From an uncultured Planctomycetota bacterium (GTDB lineage Bacteria > Planctomycetota > Planctomycetia > Isosphaerales > Isosphaeraceae), in assembly GCA_963823665.1 (NCBI GenBank), contig CAWGMQ010000006.1:1632001-1696000 (forward strand): a stretch of DNA of 64,000 nt, written 5' to 3'. Within the stretch, counting starts at the first letter, position 1. Each line of letters begins with the position of its first letter. The notes beneath the pieces are model-generated. The model did not search any database, was not told the origin of the DNA, and saw only the letters and a list, made by a program, of their open reading frames with translations. This document shows, piece after piece, positions 63,043 through 64,000 of the stretch. The position numbers and the translations under genes were made by a program.

Positions 63043-63453
63043 ATGAGCGTCGGCGTGGTGAACGATCCGGACACGCAAATCGTGCTGGGAGCCGGCAAAA
63101 CTATCGGCGTATCGGCCAACGGCGCGAGCTCTCCTGAAAGGTCGGTCCTGTTGCTGAGCCGTTTGAAGGCATTTTGGCGCCTGCTCAATCTCCCCTGCCA
63201 GGGGATGTGCCGGCTGGCGTCGGATTCGCTCGACTATGACCTCGGACGCCTGGGGCGCTTTGCGCTGCGGTCGCATCTGCTCTGCTGCACGAGTTGCCGC
63301 CGCTTCGAGCGCCAGATCAGGTTCCTTCGGTTCGCCATGCGGCGGTTCCCAGGGCAAGTTGAGGACGGAAAGCTCATTCCCGGTACCTATATGCCAGACG
63401 AAGTGCGTGAGCGGATCAGCCGCGCCCTCACGCGTGAAGATTTGCACCACTGA
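63043..63453 (+). CDS. Orphan zf-HC2 anti-sigma factor, paralog of 59122-59433 (start uncertain)
   Basis: WRLLNLPCQGMCRLASDSLD...LRSHLLCCTSCRRF versus WRLLNMPCKGMTRLASESLD...LRSHLIYCSACRRY. Confidence 0.85.
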   Translation: MSVGVVNDPDTQIVLGAGKTIGVSANGASSPERSVLLLSRLKAFWRLLNLPCQGMCRLASDSLDYDLGRLGRFALRSHLLCCTSCRRFERQIRFLRFAMRRFPGQVEDGKLIPGTYMPDEVRERISRALTREDLHH

Positions 63454-63491
63454 TCTTTTGTACGCGCTCGCCGAGGAATTTTAGCAGTTGC

Positions 63492-63520
63492 TGTCAGGAA
63501 TCGGACTGCCGACCGACTCA
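63492..63520 (+). promoter_or_regulatory. Candidate ECF promoter TGTCAGGA-N14-CGACTCA
   Basis: Third copy, upstream of csrA. Confidence 0.65.
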
Positions 63521-63831
63521 ACTGTGCAGCCTTAATTCGTCATCAAGCGTTTCGGCGGCTTCGCCCCGGGATGGTTCGGGTCAACGGCCGTACCGTCCCG
63601 CTCGCCATTTCACCGGCGGGTGCATGATCCGTTTTATCCCGGGCGGTGCGGCCGTCTTCTCTTTCCCAAGATGGAGCCTGCAAGCGCGATTGATCGTACG
63701 AAGTTCGCACCGAAATAGGAGTCGGAGTGGCGTTTTCTCCCATCGCGAATTCGAATGCAGGTTGCGGTCGAGGCAGTCAGTCCACATCGGACGCAATAGG
63801 CAACGGGGTCCAACCCAAGGAGGAACATCCC

Positions 63832-64000
63832 ATGCTCGTTCTCAGTCGCAAGTTTGGCGAACGGATTCTGATACCGCAATTTGAGTTGACGTTCTCCGTG
63901 GTCGGGATCGACGGCAACACGGTGAAGCTCGGGATTACCGCGCCGACGAATGTCAGTGTTTACCGTGAGGAGCTATGGCGCAAGGTCCGTATGCAGCAGG
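63832..64000 (+). CDS. csrA: Carbon storage regulator CsrA/RsmA (runs off the window; absent from the ORF track)
   Basis: AAGGAGG RBS; MLVLSRKFGERILI...VKLGITAP.NVSVYREE. Confidence 0.93.
   Translation, partial: MLVLSRKFGERILIPQFELTFSVVGIDGNTVKLGITAPTNVSVYREELWRKVRMQQ

Overview
GC-rich bacterial DNA, very likely a planctomycete (Isosphaeraceae-like), judged from DUF1501, DUF1553/PSCyt, DUF1559, a BBP2 porin and 'LExLExR' export motifs. Many single-base frameshifts fall in otherwise intact genes, which suggests an error-prone long-read assembly. There are three zones. (1) 1-12 kb: S1/P1 nuclease, MFS transporter, a dimethylformamidase-like protein and DUF1501/PSCyt genes. (2) About 12.7-25.5 kb: a patchwork of small genes and gene fragments (type III Res N-terminus, two broken PIN toxins, an AcrVA2-like C-terminus, a tmRNA-like 3' end) separated by short recurrent motifs. 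(3) About 28-64 kb: a large envelope redox/stress island. It holds a sigma54 activator with its promoter, a Met-rich repeat lipoprotein plus an MsrPQ-like pair, and two tandem hidden selenoprotein candidates (in-frame UGA in UxxC motifs, each followed by a SECIS-like hairpin). It also holds a DUF692 (MNIO) RiPP cluster with two Tat-exported Cys-rich precursors, MsrA, MsrB, DsbD, thioredoxins, three DUF1223 paralogs and an iodotyrosine-deiodinase-like flavoprotein. Three ECF sigma factors, four zinc anti-sigmas, two recurrent ECF-type promoter motifs, a complete IS66 and csrA complete the zone. All family assignments come from motif recognition by eye, not from database searches.
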